DNA of 62,658 nt, filler included, from Chiloscyllium plagiosum (GCF_004010195.1; 5 parts of one record of this genome joined end to end with filler, not necessarily neighbours in it); one strand, 5' to 3'. Positions 13,681 through 27,972 are shown, counted from the first letter of the whole stretch. A program made the numbers and translations. The notes: a model not told the origin generated them from the sequence alone.

Positions 13681-15192
13681 CTGCCACTCTGAAAGCCTGC
13701 ACAGGATTAAACAAAGGGAGAGAAGAAAAAAAATGAGAAAACCTGAAAACTTACTGAGTTTACAGACTCTTAGTAAGGTTAGAGGAGGCCCTACAGTGTC
13801 GGAACTCAGGTGGGAGGGAGGCCCTACAGTGTCGGAACTCAGGTTTAGATCTCACCCACTCAAAAACTTCCCAACAGCCCTCATTTCTCTCCACCTTCTC
13901 TTCTCGCAGCTCTGTTCAAAAAAATGTTTTTTTTACTCACCTTCCCAGCAGTCCTGCGCTCCTCCCTCACACCTCTCGGCAAATGGAGGCCCCGATGCCT
14001 GATGTACATTTTTTAAACGGTTATATATATAAACTTACTTTCACCTTCCGAGATAATTTGTCACTTATTAGTGAATATCATTATCTATCCAGTCTCAAAT
14101 GGCATGGAAAACACAGAAAACATTCCCTCAAAGAACACTTACAGCTATATAAAGAAAGAACATTCTGGAAAAACTCAGCACTTGAGGTAGAATTTGTGGC
14201 GACGGGAAGGTAAGATTAACATTTCAATTTCGTGACACTCAATTCAGGAAAAAAGATAATACAGATGGACACTTTACAGGGAAGAGTGAGGGAACATGGC
14301 AAAAAAAGAATTGAGATTTGGCAGAGGACAGACGATTAGAGAGGATCATAAGAGGAGTGATAATGGTGTATTATCAGAATATAGTTATTATACAAGAAGG
14401 CAGTAATAGAGAAATTTTAAAATTGTATCTGAGTCCCAGAGGATATGTGAATGGTTGCAGCAGAAAAGCACCAGGAAAATTCGGGCAATTAGAGATGGGC
14501 AATAAATATTGGTCCAGCCAGTGCCAATCATATATCATGAACGAATAAAACAAAAGATAACAGGGTGTAGACATTCCGCTTGAACCATTCCAGTAAGGAA
14601 ATACTATTACACCCCAGTGTAAAACCTTTGGCATTATTGGAAGTGATGTCAAACACATGAACATTTCTTGCTCCTGATGTAAAAGAAAATGTGATTTTTA
14701 GTTAAGGTCTGAAAGTGTTCATATTCATTAAAACTGAAATGTTGTATAAAACTAATAAAAAGAGATCAAGTGCTTTTTTGAGCTTATGTTCAGCTGTTTG
14801 GAACACTGAAGGGGAGCAAGAACAAAGAACACATAAAGAGAATGGGATGATATTGTAGCAATAATTTTCTGGTTCTCAGATCCAAACATTAAATATAATT
14901 AAATATAGGACAAGTATGGCAAGCAACTTTATTTTAAATTGTTGAGGGAAGAAACAAACAAGACTTTTTTTCACAGTTCATGTCTGTAAGGACAAAAGCT
15001 GAAGTAAGTAAACCAAGACTTTAAAAAGAAAATGAAAGTTCAGAAAAAACATGACAGGAAAATAGCCATCTTTAGAAATGTGAAAGTCACCAAGAGCCAC
15101 AGATAAAACATGAGAATATATCAAGAAATGCATTGAAGCGGTTTGTTGTTTTATACTTTTACTGTCTCTAGTTAGATTTAGATGGATAGATT

Positions 15193-15700
15193 GATGGAGA
15201 TGTACAGCATGGAAACTGACCCATTCTGTCCAATCCATCCATGCCGACCAGATATCCCAACCCAATCTAGTCCCACTTGCCAGCACCTGGCCCATATCCC
15301 TCCAAATCTTTCTTATTTTAAATGTTGCAATTGTACCAGCCTCTACCACTTCCTCTGGCAGCACATTCCAAACACGTACCACCGTCTGTGTGAAAAAGTT
15401 GTCCCTTAGGTCTGATTAATATTTTTCCCCTCTCACCCTAAATCTATGCCCTCTAGTTCTGGACTCCGCCACCCCAGGGAAAAAAAAACTTGTCTATTTA
15501 TCCTATTCATGCCCCTCATGAGTTCGTAAACCTTCATAAGGTCACTCCTCAGCCTCCAACGCTCCAGGGAAAACAGCCCCAGCCTGTTCAGCCTCTCCCT
15601 ATAGCTCAAATCCTCCAACCCTAGCAACATCCTCGTAAATCTTTTCTGAACCCTTTCATCTTTCACATCTTCTTTCCAATAGGAAGGAGACGAGAATTGC
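15193..15700 (-). mobile_element. CR1 (HER1-like) LINE 3' fragment
   Basis: ERVQKRFTRMLLGLEDLSYRERLNRLGLFSLE; VRVWNVLPEEVVEAG; same 3' UTR as 49607-50197. Confidence 0.88.
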
Positions 15701-16494
15701 TAAAAACCATTTATCAAACAGTTTCCCTTTCATGAATCCATGCTGATCCCGTTCACTTTTCTAAGAATCTAGTTATCATATCTTATATAATGGATTCCAG
15801 CATTTTCCTTACTATTGACACAAAACTGACAGCTCCACACACTACTCCCTTCTGAAATAATGAGGCGGCATTTGCTACATTCTTCTGTCGCACAAACTAT
15901 TGCGACCATTTGAAATTTCTCAACCTTTGGTTTGCCCCGATGTGAGAAAGCTGAGAGGTACGAAGGCACATGCCTCTCTTTTTGGCAATGTTGCCCAGAC
16001 TGACATGCCAATCAGGAAAGGGGATGAGGAAAGGAATGCAGAATTCTGCAGGGGGTTGGAACGTGGAATGTCCAACTGCAATAGTGTGTTGGGATTGTGG
16101 GTGTGGGGGTATTGGAGTGAAAACAGGAACCATTCAATGTGTTCCAGAATGAAAACAGAAAGGCCAGAAGGACACAGCGGATTGGTCAGATGAAGCTCCG
16201 CGTTTCTAATGTCTCAGGTCTGTAAACCTCACCTTTCAGATGTCTGGCATGGTCACAATGCACTGAATGGGCTCCTCCTCATCCAGCAGAATTCCACCAT
16301 CATCAGACAGAGGTGATGGAAAGAGCACACATCAAAGTCAGGAGCCAGAGAGAGAGGGAGAGTAAAATCAATGTATTTGAGCATTTCTTTTCTACTTCTT
16401 TACTGAGGAGTTGAAATGCCAAACTTGGATCTCTGCAGAAAATTAACAGTGTGATTGTGTGCAGAGACCAGGATGCAGGCTTCTGAAAGATTTT

Positions 16495-16780
16495 TTTAAG
16501 ATTTCTTATAGTGTGGAAATAGGCCCAACAAGTCCACACCAACCCTCTGAAGAGTAACCCACCCAGACCCATTCCCCTATCCGTCATTTACTCCTGACTT
16601 AATGCACCTAATACTATGGGCAATTTAGCATGGCCAACTCACCCAGCCTATACTTCCCTGGACCGTGGGAGGAAACCCACACAGACATGGGGAGAACGTG
16701 CAAACTCCACACAGTCAGGCACCCAAGGGGGGAAATCGAATCCAGGACCCTGGCGCCGCGAGGCAGCCACCGTGCTGCCC
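16495..16780 (-). mobile_element. HE1-type SINE, degraded
   Basis: GGAGGAAACCCAC...GGGGAGAACGTGCAAACTCCACACAG core shared with the 36.7 kb and 61 kb copies. Confidence 0.85.
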
Positions 16781-17797
16781 ATCTGATCACTATTTCGCTG
16801 GAACTACTCAGAACAGTTCAAAACTTGGCCTCACTCAGCCTGAACACTAGTCAGTTAGTCCCAGGAGCAGGGAAATCATGGCAATGGTCAATGTTTCATA
16901 ATTCTGGTGTCGGGGAGGTGGGGAGGATATTGCAGCAGTGTTGCTCAGCAAGATGGTGTGAAATCGGTCATTTCAGGTGAGGTCAGGAGATGACCAGGCT
17001 CGCCCAGGGGTGTGGGAGGGGCTGAGATCACTGCATGCATTTTTCACACCTTCGCAATCCTGCTGTGCCTCTGAGAGTTGTCACATTGAACCTTTGACAA
17101 ACTGCTGGTATTTGACTCAGAAATCATCCTCGGCATACAAGCACCGCTGACCTGCTGTAAAGCAGGAGCGCAGAGCAGATGTGTTACTGTCAACAGGGCT
17201 CATGAATCAGAGATGCCACTTCAAATCCAAATGCAGCAGCTTGGGCAAGGCGGGGAGACCTTTGTTTAATTTAATAAACCTGCAATTTAACTTCAGGACA
17301 CATACCTTCGAAAGGTATCCTGTTGCCCTGAGATTATCATTAAAAAAAAGCCTCACGGTCTGTGGGGAATGAATCCTTACCCAGTCTGACCAGTAGGTGT
17401 GTGACTCCAGACCCACAGCAACGACAATTTGTGTATGTGGAAAATAAATCCGAAAGCTCATAAAAAATAAGTTCCACTGAGAGGAAGTTTGATTTAAATA
17501 TTTTATTTAGAACTGCTCTCTTTTTCGATATAGTTTAGACTACCCAATTATAATTGCCAAAATTAACATGTTGTGTGAAACCATAGGGGAATCCTTGGCA
17601 ACCTTTGCTTGTAATATGAGCGCTATTGACAGAGCTCTAGATACTAATGCATATTCAAGGATTAGTGCTACTGTGAAATGAAAAAGAAGTGAATATGATG
17701 GAACTATGGTCAACCTGAGTTGAATTCTGTTTTTCAAATCTCGGTCATGACAGATTCAGGAGCATAACTATTGACTTCAACAATTATTAAACAACAG

Positions 17798-17895
17798 GAA
17801 GAAGGGCTGAAGAAGGGCTCATGCCCAAAACGTCGATTTTCCTGCTCCTTGGATGCTGCCTGACCTGCTGCACTTTTCCAGCAACACATTTTCAG
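17798..17895 (+). mobile_element. PLE pseudo-LTR fragment
   Basis: CTGAAGAAGGGCTCATGCCCAAAACGTCG...; imperfect 17-bp flanking duplication at 17781-17797 and 17896-17912 (15/17). Confidence 0.75.
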
Positions 17896-18052
17896 CAATG
17901 ATTAAATAACAGACAGGCAAACCATAGTGCCCCTGTTTCCACTGGCTGCCTTGGAGGTGGTACTCAAGGACAGTTGCCTAAGTGGAATTGTCACCCCAGG
18001 GCATGTATTATCACCCTATAAGACAGACGAGGAAAAACAAAATTTGAACAAA

Positions 18053-18573
18053 ATCTACAGGCCCCCAAACAGTAGTTTGGATGTGGGATGTAAGTTAATT
18101 CAGGAGCTGAAATTGGCCTGTCGCAAAGATGTCACTACAGTTGTTATGGGGGATTTTAACATGCAGGTAGACTGGAAGAATCAGGATGGTATTGGACCTC
18201 AAGAAAGAGACTTTGTGGAGTGCCTCAGAGATGGATTCTTAGAGCAGCTGATGCTGGAGCCGACCAGAGAGAAGGCAATTCTGGATCTGGTATTGTGTAA
18301 CGAACCAGAATTGGTCAGAGACCTCGAAGTGAAGGAGCCATTGGGAAGTAGTGACCATAATACAATAAGCTTCAATCTGCAATTTGAGAGGGAGAGGGTA
18401 CAATCGGAAGTGACAATATTTCTGTTGAATAAAGGAGCTATGAGGGAGGAGCTGACCAAAGTTCAATGTTGCAATACCTTAGCAGGGATGACCGTGGAGG
18501 AACAATGGCGGATATTTCTGTGTAGAATGCAGAAGTTGCAGGATCAGTTCATTCCAAAAAGGAAGAAAGATCC
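18053..18573 (+). mobile_element. CR1 ORF2 endonuclease fragment
   Basis: IYRPPNSS..VVMGDFN..ILDLVLCN..SDHNTISF; runs into a gap. Confidence 0.88.
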
Positions 18574-18673
18574 NNNNNNNNNNNNNNNNNNNNNNNNNNN
18601 NNNNNNNNNNNNNNNNNTTAATTAATTAANNNNNNNNNNNNNNNNNNNNNNNNNNNNNNNNNNNNNNNNNNNN
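18574..18673. other. assembly gap with artificial linker (44N-TTAATTAATTAA-44N)
   Basis: Same 100-nt construct at 34915-35014, 45550-45649 and 57129-57228. Confidence 0.95.
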
Positions 18674-19230
18674 GACCACAGGGGATCCCTGCACTGCCTG
18701 CTTCCTCCCCTTCCCACTTCTAACTGTTACCCAGCTACCTCTGTTCTCTGGCGTAACTATGTCCCTGTAGCTTCTATCTATCACCCTCTCAGCCTCTCGA
18801 ATAATCCTCAGTTCATTACAACTCCAGCTCCAGTTCCCTAACGTGGTCTGTGAGAAGCTGGAGCTGGCTGCACTTCCTGCAGGTGAAGTCGGCAGGAGCA
18901 TCGGTGGTCACCTCTACCTCAAACATCCTGCAGGAGGAACATTCCACTGCCTGTGCTGCCATTACTCTACACTTAGTCTCCAAAACAAGAACACTAAGTA
19001 GCTTACCTGTTCAGCCGACTGAGTCCTTTTTTTAGGTTAGAGAAGGAGGGAGGGTGGGAGACACTACACGTGTAGTGTCTCAGGTTCCTTCTCCACTCAA
19101 ACTTCTTACCTTCCCAGAAGCCTCTATTGACGACTTCCTAGTTGAAAAAAAAACACAGACTGCGAAAAGAAAATCGTTAATTTAAACTGGTCTCCGCTTA
19201 CCTTCCGGCTCCCCTCTCTGTGTGCCCGCT
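18674..19230 (-). mobile_element. CR1 5' end (5'UTR + ORF1 N-terminus)
   Basis: MAAQAVECSSCRMFEV..ELRIIREAERVIDRSY; closely similar to 45650-46010. Confidence 0.85.
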
Positions 19231-19239
19231 GTAGCACAG

Positions 19240-19760
19240 ATATCCCGAACTCAAGCACCAGGCAGGCAACATAACCTTTGGATTCTCAATCTTGGTCACA
19301 GAGAACAGTGTCTATGCCCCTAACTATACTATCCCCAATTACAATGACATTTCTCTTCTCTTCCCCCACTTGAATGGCTCCCTGCCCCACAGGGATCATC
19401 CTTCCTGCAGTCCCCATTCCCATCAACACAGGGAGCAAAATGTTTGAACCTGTTAGACGAGGACAAGGGCTGAGGCTCCTACAACTTTACCTCTAATCCC
19501 TCTACCTGCCTGACTCACAGTCACACCCTCCTGCCCATGACCACTGGCCAAATTCGAGTTAATCTAAGGGCTATCTCCTGAAACACAGCATCCTTCCCTG
19601 ATATGTCACAATGTTTGAAGCTCAGACTCCAGCTCATCGACTCTGAGCTGGAATTCCTCAAGCAACCAACATTTACTACAGAGATGATCACTGAGAACCA
19701 CAATGGGGTCCACCAGCTCCCACATCAAGCAGAAACAACACATCACCTAACCCTCCATCC
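19240..19760 (-). mobile_element. second CR1 ORF1 fragment (esterase region)
   Basis: Minus strand reads VIGDSIVRGIDTVLC with an upstream Cys/zipper remnant. Confidence 0.7.
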
Positions 19761-20129
19761 TTTTATATAATTAGCTTAGAATTTGTTTATTTTAAAATTT
19801 TTAAACTGTTTTTGTCTCTCTGCATATTTTCTCAATCTGAACACAAGTTGTAACCAATAAATTATCAAGATTCAATTTAACACAGATTCAAATTTAGCAT
19901 ACTCCTTATTAGCCAATCAAATCACAGCCCTCCTGTGATGTGAACTTTCTGTTCTCCCCTCAGTTGAAATCCTTAGTACTCTTGCCAGGCTGCTCTCTGT
20001 TTGCTCCTGCTCAGCTCTGCTCCCAAAGTGATAGCCGCAAATCCCCAAGGTAAGTTTCTATATCATTTGCCTTCCCAGGGTGCTCTCCATTTGCTTGTGC
20101 TCAGCTGTGCTCCCGAAGCAAAGGTTGGT

Positions 20130-20465
20130 ATTTATGCAAAAAATGGGGTGGGGGAAGGGAGAAGGGGGCGAGTAAAGAATAGGTGGAGTTAGGCTGAATG
20201 ACAGAGGAAAAACAGTTGGACAGTCAAAGAACGGGGTAAAGGTCAGCCTGGGAAAATAAAAAGCTGCTAATGGAGATTATTAGTAGTTGAAAATATAGTT
20301 TCCTTAGGAATTCTGCAGCCTTACGGACTCAATATCGAGCTCATAAATTTTAAGCCTTGAGCACCTTCCACCATGTCTTACCCCACCCTCACACCACAGG
20401 CCTTGTCATCATGTGGACTGCAAACACACACGACCTATTGTCAACTACTAATGGTCCCCATTATT
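20130..20465 (+). mobile_element. PLE 3' remnant with inverted arm
   Basis: LGILQPYGLNIE (PLE endonuclease C-terminus) near 20304-20340. ATTAGTAGTTGA and TCAACTACTAAT form an inverted pair. Confidence 0.55.
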
Positions 20466-21998
20466 TCTAAGTGGCACCTCATTGGCATTGCCAGCTGTTT
20501 GATGAAGTTAGAGATACACCCATCAGATACAATCTGGCCAAGGATGGCTATATATTCTCATCTCTCAAGCACTACAAATGCTATGAATGAAAACAGCTAC
20601 ATTTATAATAATGCAGAAGAGAAGTATTTAATGGGACACCGATCACTGAGGTATGACAGAATATAATCTTAAAGTACATTTTCCAGACTTCAAGGATTTT
20701 GTCAGGTTTATATAATTCATGATTATACAGGGAAACATCAGTTTTATCTCCATGTTCATAAAAAAGAATAACCCAAAAGAAATTCAAGATCATATTTGTC
20801 TAATTGGTCCTATTTAACTTTTCTTAAATAAAGGACCGAATTGGTCAGACTAAATGTAAGAATCTGAAGTTGGAATTGTTTGGATTTATTTTTCCTTTTT
20901 AGTATGGAACCTTCTTGGATAGATGAAGGAGACGAGGGGAATTTAATAGGACAAAAGTTATCTGAATCTAATTGATGCACACTGGGATAATTGGCATTAA
21001 AGATAAATTTTATGCTGTGGTGTGAAGTAGAGATAAAAAGCATACAGTGGGCATCACAATTAGACTGGCAGATGAAAATTATCTCTTTAAACATTGAATA
21101 GATTCTACAATGAAAGGTATTATATTAATATGTAATAGTTTGGTGCAGAATAAATAAAACTATAAACAAGTCAGCCTTAAAAAATGCAACTTTGCCGAAG
21201 AGCTATTGTGAGTATATGGAATGATTATACATAGTCTTTATAAATACATGAAATATGCTAGTCTTATAAAAGGAACTGTGAGGTTTTGAAAGCTTGTGTA
21301 AATTATTATTTGCTCTAACAAAGAATATTATTCTGGATATTATTTTGTTTCATGCTGGAATTCAGTGTTCACAAAACTTTCCCTTTTAAATGCCAAAAGA
21401 AGTCTAAGACCTACACTGAGACCTCATTCTAAGGTTTTCAAGGATTCAGTTGTTTAAAAGTTACACAATTTTTAAAAATGTTTCTTTCTGTAGTTCTTTC
21501 CTGATGTTAAGGAGAGGAATGTTAAAGTTTCCGTAATAGAAAATTGCCGCTTTGTTATAGGCTTTTTAGTTTCACAGCATATGTCAAACATAAAAATGGA
21601 TTGCTTATAACATTCAAATGAACAGAAATGGTTGTTTCTATTAACCAGCATTGTGCTTTTGGTTATGTGATAGGAGAGAAATTGAAGGGTGGGGTGGTAA
21701 GTTAGAGACTAGAAAAATACACTAGATGCTCCTATGACATAATGTTTCGTTCCTTTAAAATTGAATGACAAAAGTCTTTCTGCTGGAATACCACTAGGTC
21801 TCAGTCCAACATGGTGGCTACTCACTACTTGTCCTCTTCCATGTGACTTATTGTACTTCCTTCTGGAAGAGATATTAAATTTAAATCAGATCAGAGCAAA
21901 ACAAATTAGATGTCAACTCTCCAACCCCCAAAAACCTTGGCACAGGTTAGTTTTGGAATGCATCTGCAAGTATGACATAGTGCACCATCAGGGTCAGT

Positions 21999-22204
21999 AG
22001 AGGAATAAGTGAGGACTGCAGGTGCTGGAGATTAAAGTCATAAAGTGTGGTGCTGGAAAAGCACAGCAGGACAGGCAGCATCTGAGGAGCAGGAGAGTCT
22101 GCATTTCAGGCATAAGCTCTTCATCAGGAATGGCCTTCATCCCTCATTCTCTCTGCTCCTCGGATGCTACCTGATTGGCTGTGCTTTTCCAGCACCACAC
22201 TTTT
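21999..22204. mobile_element. PLE fold-back (inverted pseudo-LTR) insertion
   Basis: Inverted arms GTGTGGTGCTGGAAAAGCACAGC / GCTGTGCTTTTCCAGCACCACAC. TSD CATCAGGGT(C/T)AGT at 21986-21998 and 22205-22217. Confidence 0.8.
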
Positions 22205-23354
22205 CATCAGGGTTAGTGCCCAGGGTAAGACCACACTTGACTTAACCTATGTCAATAGATTTTAGGAAGACTGCCTTTTATCTTGGTTTCATCTGCATGA
22301 TTTCTCAGAGAAATAATTAATGGTAGCCTGGGAACAGCTTTAAGTCCAAGCAAGATAGGCATGGCCTCCTGCTCTATAAATGTACCTATTTGTGGTGCAG
22401 AGGTAGTGCTTCTGGACTGGGAGGCGCAGGGTCAACACCTATCTGTCCCAGAGGTGTCTAATAAATATCTGAACAGGTTCATTAGCAAAATTGGTTAAAT
22501 AGAAATAATTTATTTGTAAAATATTCCTTAAAATTTTGAAGTATAAATATTACAAAAATGGCAGCAGGGATCAGTGAGCCAGAGCTGTCAATGAAGTAGG
22601 AGCATTGATGTTTCAACAGAATAATGGATGTCTGTGTCCTAAGCGATGTCTCATTGTGGGGTACATGAGGTAGCATGCTTTGAGTATGACAGGCCATGAT
22701 GTGTTGATGGTCACAGTTTGACATACTACATCAGAGTCCATGGGGCTGAATGGAGCAGCATAGTCTAGCATTGGGATATGAAGGACCATGCGGGGAAATT
22801 GTCGCAACCTTTGCTCTCATCTTTGAGGACAAAATTCCAAACTTAAGAGCTTCATGCTCAAGTGTAGTGAACATAGCCCCTTTCCTTCCTTGCTAGCTTA
22901 CTGAAGTCCCATCTTACGTTTTTTTAACTATACAACAAACATACTGTTTTCAACTAAAAGCCCTTTAGACACACAAAGTAACACTGTGCATCACAACGTG
23001 TTTCTTCTATGTAAAAATGGATAGAGTAGAATTGTGATTATATTACTGGGCTAGTATTGCAAAACTTTCCATCATGATAATTTAATTAATGAAATAAACC
23101 TTGTATGAAAAACTGGTAGAAGCAATGGTGATATGAAACTACCAGATTGTTGTAAAACAAACCATCTGGTTTACTAATATCTTTTACTAGATTTACTTCA
23201 GTCGCTATCCAGCATTGCAAACAGATTTAGTTTCATGATTCATATATTGCAGTAAATAACTTTTAGCTTTATGTAAATTAAGTTTTTAATTGGTAAAGTA
23301 ATTGAAACTTTAGAATCTGCAAGCTGTCAGATCACGTAAGGCTAGAAGAACACA

Positions 23355-23563
23355 TGATTTGGAGATGCCGGTGTTGGACTGGGGTGTACAAAGTTAAAAA
23401 TCACACAACACCAGGTTATAGTCCAATAGGTTTAATTGGAAGCACACTAGCTTTCGGAGCGATGCTCCTTCATCTCACCTGATGAAGTAGAGTCACTCCG
23501 AAAGCCAGTGTGCTTCCAATTAAACCTGTTGGACTATAACTTGGTGTTATGTGATTTTTAACT
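23355..23563. mobile_element. PLE fold-back insertion, second family, nested in an older PLE
   Basis: ~85-bp inverted arms. Perfect TSD TAGAAGAACACA at 23343-23354 and 23564-23575. Confidence 0.85.
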
Positions 23564-24000
23564 TAGAAGAACACAGGAAGCTAGGCAGTATCAGGAGGTG
23601 GAGAAGTCAATGTTTTAGACTGGGGTAGGTGTAAAGGGCGCTGCAGATAAAAGGTAGGGTGTGTGTTGGTGGAGCGGGGTGTAGGGTGGTGAGGTAGGGA
23701 TAGGTAAACACAGGTAGAAAGTACAATCTGGTGGGTTAATGAGAGGAATGAATCCAATTGGTAGCTGAAAGGAAGAGTCGATCAGAGGAATGGAAGGGAG
23801 GGGGAGAGGCTGGGAAGGGAGTTGGGGGCAGGGAGGTTACTTGAAATTGGACGGTGATTGGGAGGTCAGGTCAGCCCCTGCAGGCCCGGCTGAGATGCTC
23901 AATGAAATGTACCCTGAGTTTACATTTGGTCTCCCCGGTGTAAAGAAGATCACATTGGGAGCACTGGATACACTAAACTAGGTGGGAGGAGAGGCAGAAG
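23564..24000 (-). mobile_element. older PLE remnant (host of the 23355 insertion)
   Basis: Reverse complement of the 5878-type pseudo-LTR, followed by a purine-rich tract and ORF remnants. Confidence 0.55.
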
Positions 24001-27000
24001 AACCTTTAGGGCTTTACACATTAAAGGTCCTTCATGTGTACTTACAAGGGAGAGCTCGAATGTTGAGTGCCATAAACTAGAAGGGGAGTCCAAGTAGTTA
24101 CAGCTTTGAAGACACAACTTCTGAGGAGAATTGCTTTATCTTTGTTGAGATATGAAATATTCATGTAATTCCCCAGGCCAGAGAAAGGTTTGAAGACAAT
24201 GTGCAAAGAAGGGAAGGCCTTACAGTCAGATCAAAGCACAAGTTTGGGAATTGAAGTTAGTTAGTTAGTTGAAATCTCTGCTGAGATATCCCAGATGAGG
24301 TATATTGCCATGGGCAAAGGTTGCAGAGAGACAGTCTTTCCTTTTGTCATTACCTGTGTGTTTTCTCATAGAAACAATCAGTTGAAGTCTGGGAATAACT
24401 TTGAAATTTGCCAAGAGCTATAAACTATTAAGCAATAAGGCAGTGAAACTTTTTTGAGCAAAGGAGATACTTGATGAAAGGGTCACATGTCAAATGATTG
24501 GAAGGGCCTGAAGAAGTCTCATACTATAGAGAATAGTCAGAACACTGATGAGAATCAAATGAACTCCTAAGAGTTGTGTGGTACACTTCAAATTGGCCTC
24601 AGAAAAAATTTAGATTGTATAAAATACTGTGGAGGCCTGCAGATGAAATGAGAAACAGAATGGGAATTGGTTAAGATTTTCAGATTTAAAGAAACGTTTA
24701 TGCAAGTTAGAGATAAACCTGCAACATTTGTTTTAAATCTTGTACAGTGAAAGTTCTTGCTTAAAATTTGAAACTTTATGGTATTGTTCTCATAACAAAC
24801 AACTGGAAGATCAAATTACTTGTAAAAGTTTATTGTTTCCCTCAAGCTACTTTGATCTATATATGACTTCAGATCTACAGTAGCGTGGTTGGTTCTGAAA
24901 TGAACTTGCAAAGTATTCAATTGTATTTAAGAAAGAAGCTTATCACTACCTTCACAAGGACAATTTCAGACGGGCAATAAATGATGGCCTTGCCAGTGAG
25001 AGTCATGTCTTGTGAATGAACAGAAAAGAAAATTGGCTTGGACAGGAAGCATCTGAAACCTAATGGAATGAGTTTACTTAACAAAACAATACAAGGTCAC
25101 TTTTGCATGCTATTCATTGCCACCATTGAGACAGGACCACATAATCATCAACTGCAAAAACAAATCTCTGAATCTGCTAACCTGTGAAAACAACATTTTA
25201 TTTGTTTTTAGACTTATTTGTCAGATTGCTCATTTTATATCTTGCAGTCTGTCCATGTGGTGAATGGTCGAGCCTCAGTTGGTGAAATGCCATGATTTTA
25301 GCCGCACTTAAATTGAGATACTTCATGGTCTTAATTTGTCTCTGGACAGGAAGGCCACCTTCCACCATCACTGCTATTTTGTCAGTGGCAGGAAGGCAAT
25401 AGGTGCAGTAATAAGATCAGGTCTACACACGTGTGAGTGACCATTAATAGGCTTTATTCATCATAGATATACCAAGGAATGGCAAGATAGGACATCTCTA
25501 TAGACTGTGATACTAGTTCCACGTAATTTAATAGTGCTATAGCATAGTTCCGTTCTCACATGCTCAGTAGCTGTTATTACAGTAAAGGTTATAGTCAACC
25601 CTTTCCTCCTCAGGTATACAATCTCCTACCTCTGATCATCCCACCCGCTCTTGCCCTGACTCCTAGTGTTCTGCTAAACCCTAGCCCATAAGTGCAAATA
25701 TTTTGCAAGTGTAAAGGTTTAAAGAGAATGCCTTTGAAACAGACCTTAAAAGTTACATCAGAGTAATCGTACAGAATTCTGTAATTCTGATTTATGGAAC
25801 ACTTGACTTGAGAAAGCTGTTGCATCACCATTATTGCCTGAAATACAAGTGATACTCCTCAAGAAGTTAAATCTGATTTGGTAATCATAGATTCAGTACC
25901 TACTTTATTACTCACTAAAAGGATTGTTTGCCTTATATAATACTACATTATGTCACTGCACAGCGGTGTGGTGTTCGCGAATGAAGCATGGTGTTATTCA
26001 GCGCAGATCTCGTATTTAATACATACAGGTGACTACTTCAACATTTCTAGTATGATTTTTCTGTGTGAGTAAATAAAAATATTGAAATGTTTTCAGCTGG
26101 AAGATGTAAAAAACAAAGAAAATCATTTTGAATGAGGCAAAGCATCAGCTTTGCTGAAAAATTAGTATTTCATCAAATTTACAGCAATCTGCATTCCAAT
26201 AAAAGTTTCTGAAATAGAGCTAGCTTCCCACATGGTTTTGAATGCATCAGCTGGTATTTAGTCAAATGTTATCTATTAAAACCATTAGGAAAAGGACTTG
26301 AATATTGACACTGGATGTTTGCTAATTCAAACAGTTTAAAGCCTATTCGTAGCTCATAGATATTTCTTTTCAACTTGCATTTGTACAGGATATTCATCAT
26401 AGTAACATATTGCAAGCTATTTCATAAGAGTGTTATCAAATAACATATGGCATCATAATCTAAGTGGTAGATAATGAGCATCTTAAAGGTGGAAAGTTAT
26501 AAGGAAAAAGTTTCAGAGGTTAAGCAGCTGAACAGCCAATAGCGAAGAGACTGAAATAGGGATGTGCAAGAGCACAAATTGGTGAAGTATAGAGACCTCA
26601 GACTTTGTAATGCTAAAGGAGATTACTGGGTCTAGAGGCTTAACATTAGCTCTCTCAATACAATTGATCCACAGTGCTTAAAGAGGTTTAGCGTTCATAG
26701 AAAATCATAGCTGAGATCTGCACTGTTCTAGAATGAGACCATCCTTCCCAGTCGAGCAGTCTGGCATGCACTAACACAGGCTGATATCCATTAACCCACT
26801 CAGAGCACTATTTCTCCACAAGCTTTGTATTCTTTTGCCTGGCAAGTATAGAAGATGTGCATTATGTAATGGCTTGTATGGATTGGAGGGAATGGCAACA
26901 TTTGTGGAGAGTGACTGAGGAATGTGTGCAAGATTGAAATAGGCTGAGTGTCAGTATTAGCTATTCACATGGGGGTGTGAGGCATGTGGAGAGAGAAGAG

Positions 27001-27264
27001 CAAATGGAGCTGCAGCGGAATTGAGCAAAAGGACACTCTTGAAAGGTGGTGTATGGGTTTGGCACCTGAAATTTTAAAACATTCACCTTCTGAGGAACTG
27101 GTTACTCTTGTGCACTGTCTTCCAGACTGAAAGATCACACTTCAGTTACTGACTTCCTCAATCATTTCTCTGATTGTGTGAACATATTTGTATAATGTCA
27201 CAAGCTCATTTATTTAGATTTTACTTTGGCATTGTATGTGGTGTCATGAGAAAGAAATGTTTGT

Positions 27265-27490
27265 ACTTATATAACAGTTTTCACAACCCACTGATGTCTC
27301 AAGACATTTTACAGACAACCAGTGCAACAAATTCCCACAAACAATTCTGACAATGACAAAATAATCTGATTTTTGTGATATAATTGAGAAAAAAGTATCA
27401 CTCATGTCACCTGGAAAAAAGTTCATTGTCTGAAATATTAATGTTCTTTTACATCTACTTGTGGGTAACTCGAACATCAATTTAACACTA
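27265..27490 (-). mobile_element. degenerate DeuSINE-like fragment
   Basis: Similar to 2870-3100 (CAACAAATTCCCACAAACA...CTTTTACATC). Confidence 0.4.
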
Positions 27491-27972
27491 TGTTTCCCAA
27501 ACTATTTTCCAATGTGACACTATTTTAATATTTTTAAAAATTGAGGTGATCCCAGGTGCTAGCAAAATCAAAACAGCAGTGACAGAATAATGTTGCATTC
27601 AGTGCATAATGTGCATAAATGACCTACATATACATGCATAATTTAAACATTAAAAACTATTCTTTTAAAGTACTTTGTAAAATATTATTTTATGAACACA
27701 TGTAGCTTTGAGCCAAGTTCCCACATTGTATTGTGACAGAAGACTAACTAAAGCCCCTCCCCCCTCCATCCTACCAAGCCCACATACACATTGCAGAAGA
27801 CACTTTTTTTAAAACTATCTCTCCACTCGGCATACATACCATCCATCTCCTTAACATATCACCCACCCGTCATCCACTCAACATCCCTTTTGCCCTTCCC
27901 TGCTTTTGGCTCAGATGCTAGCACTGGTGAACCAGATCCACTACCCTGGTGTAAGGGGCTTGAAAGTCCTGG

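Larger units (their letters stand above)
9825..13990 (-). mobile_element. near full-length degenerate CR1 LINE (~4.2 kb)
   Basis: Colinear 5'UTR, ORF1, ORF2 (endonuclease + RT) and 3' tail, with multiple frameshifts. Confidence 0.92.

Noticed and set aside
25964..26028. CpG-containing segment between CAG and GTGACT resembling a small exon or conserved element
   Set aside because: Weak splice signals, no recognisable peptide, and conservation cannot be tested here.
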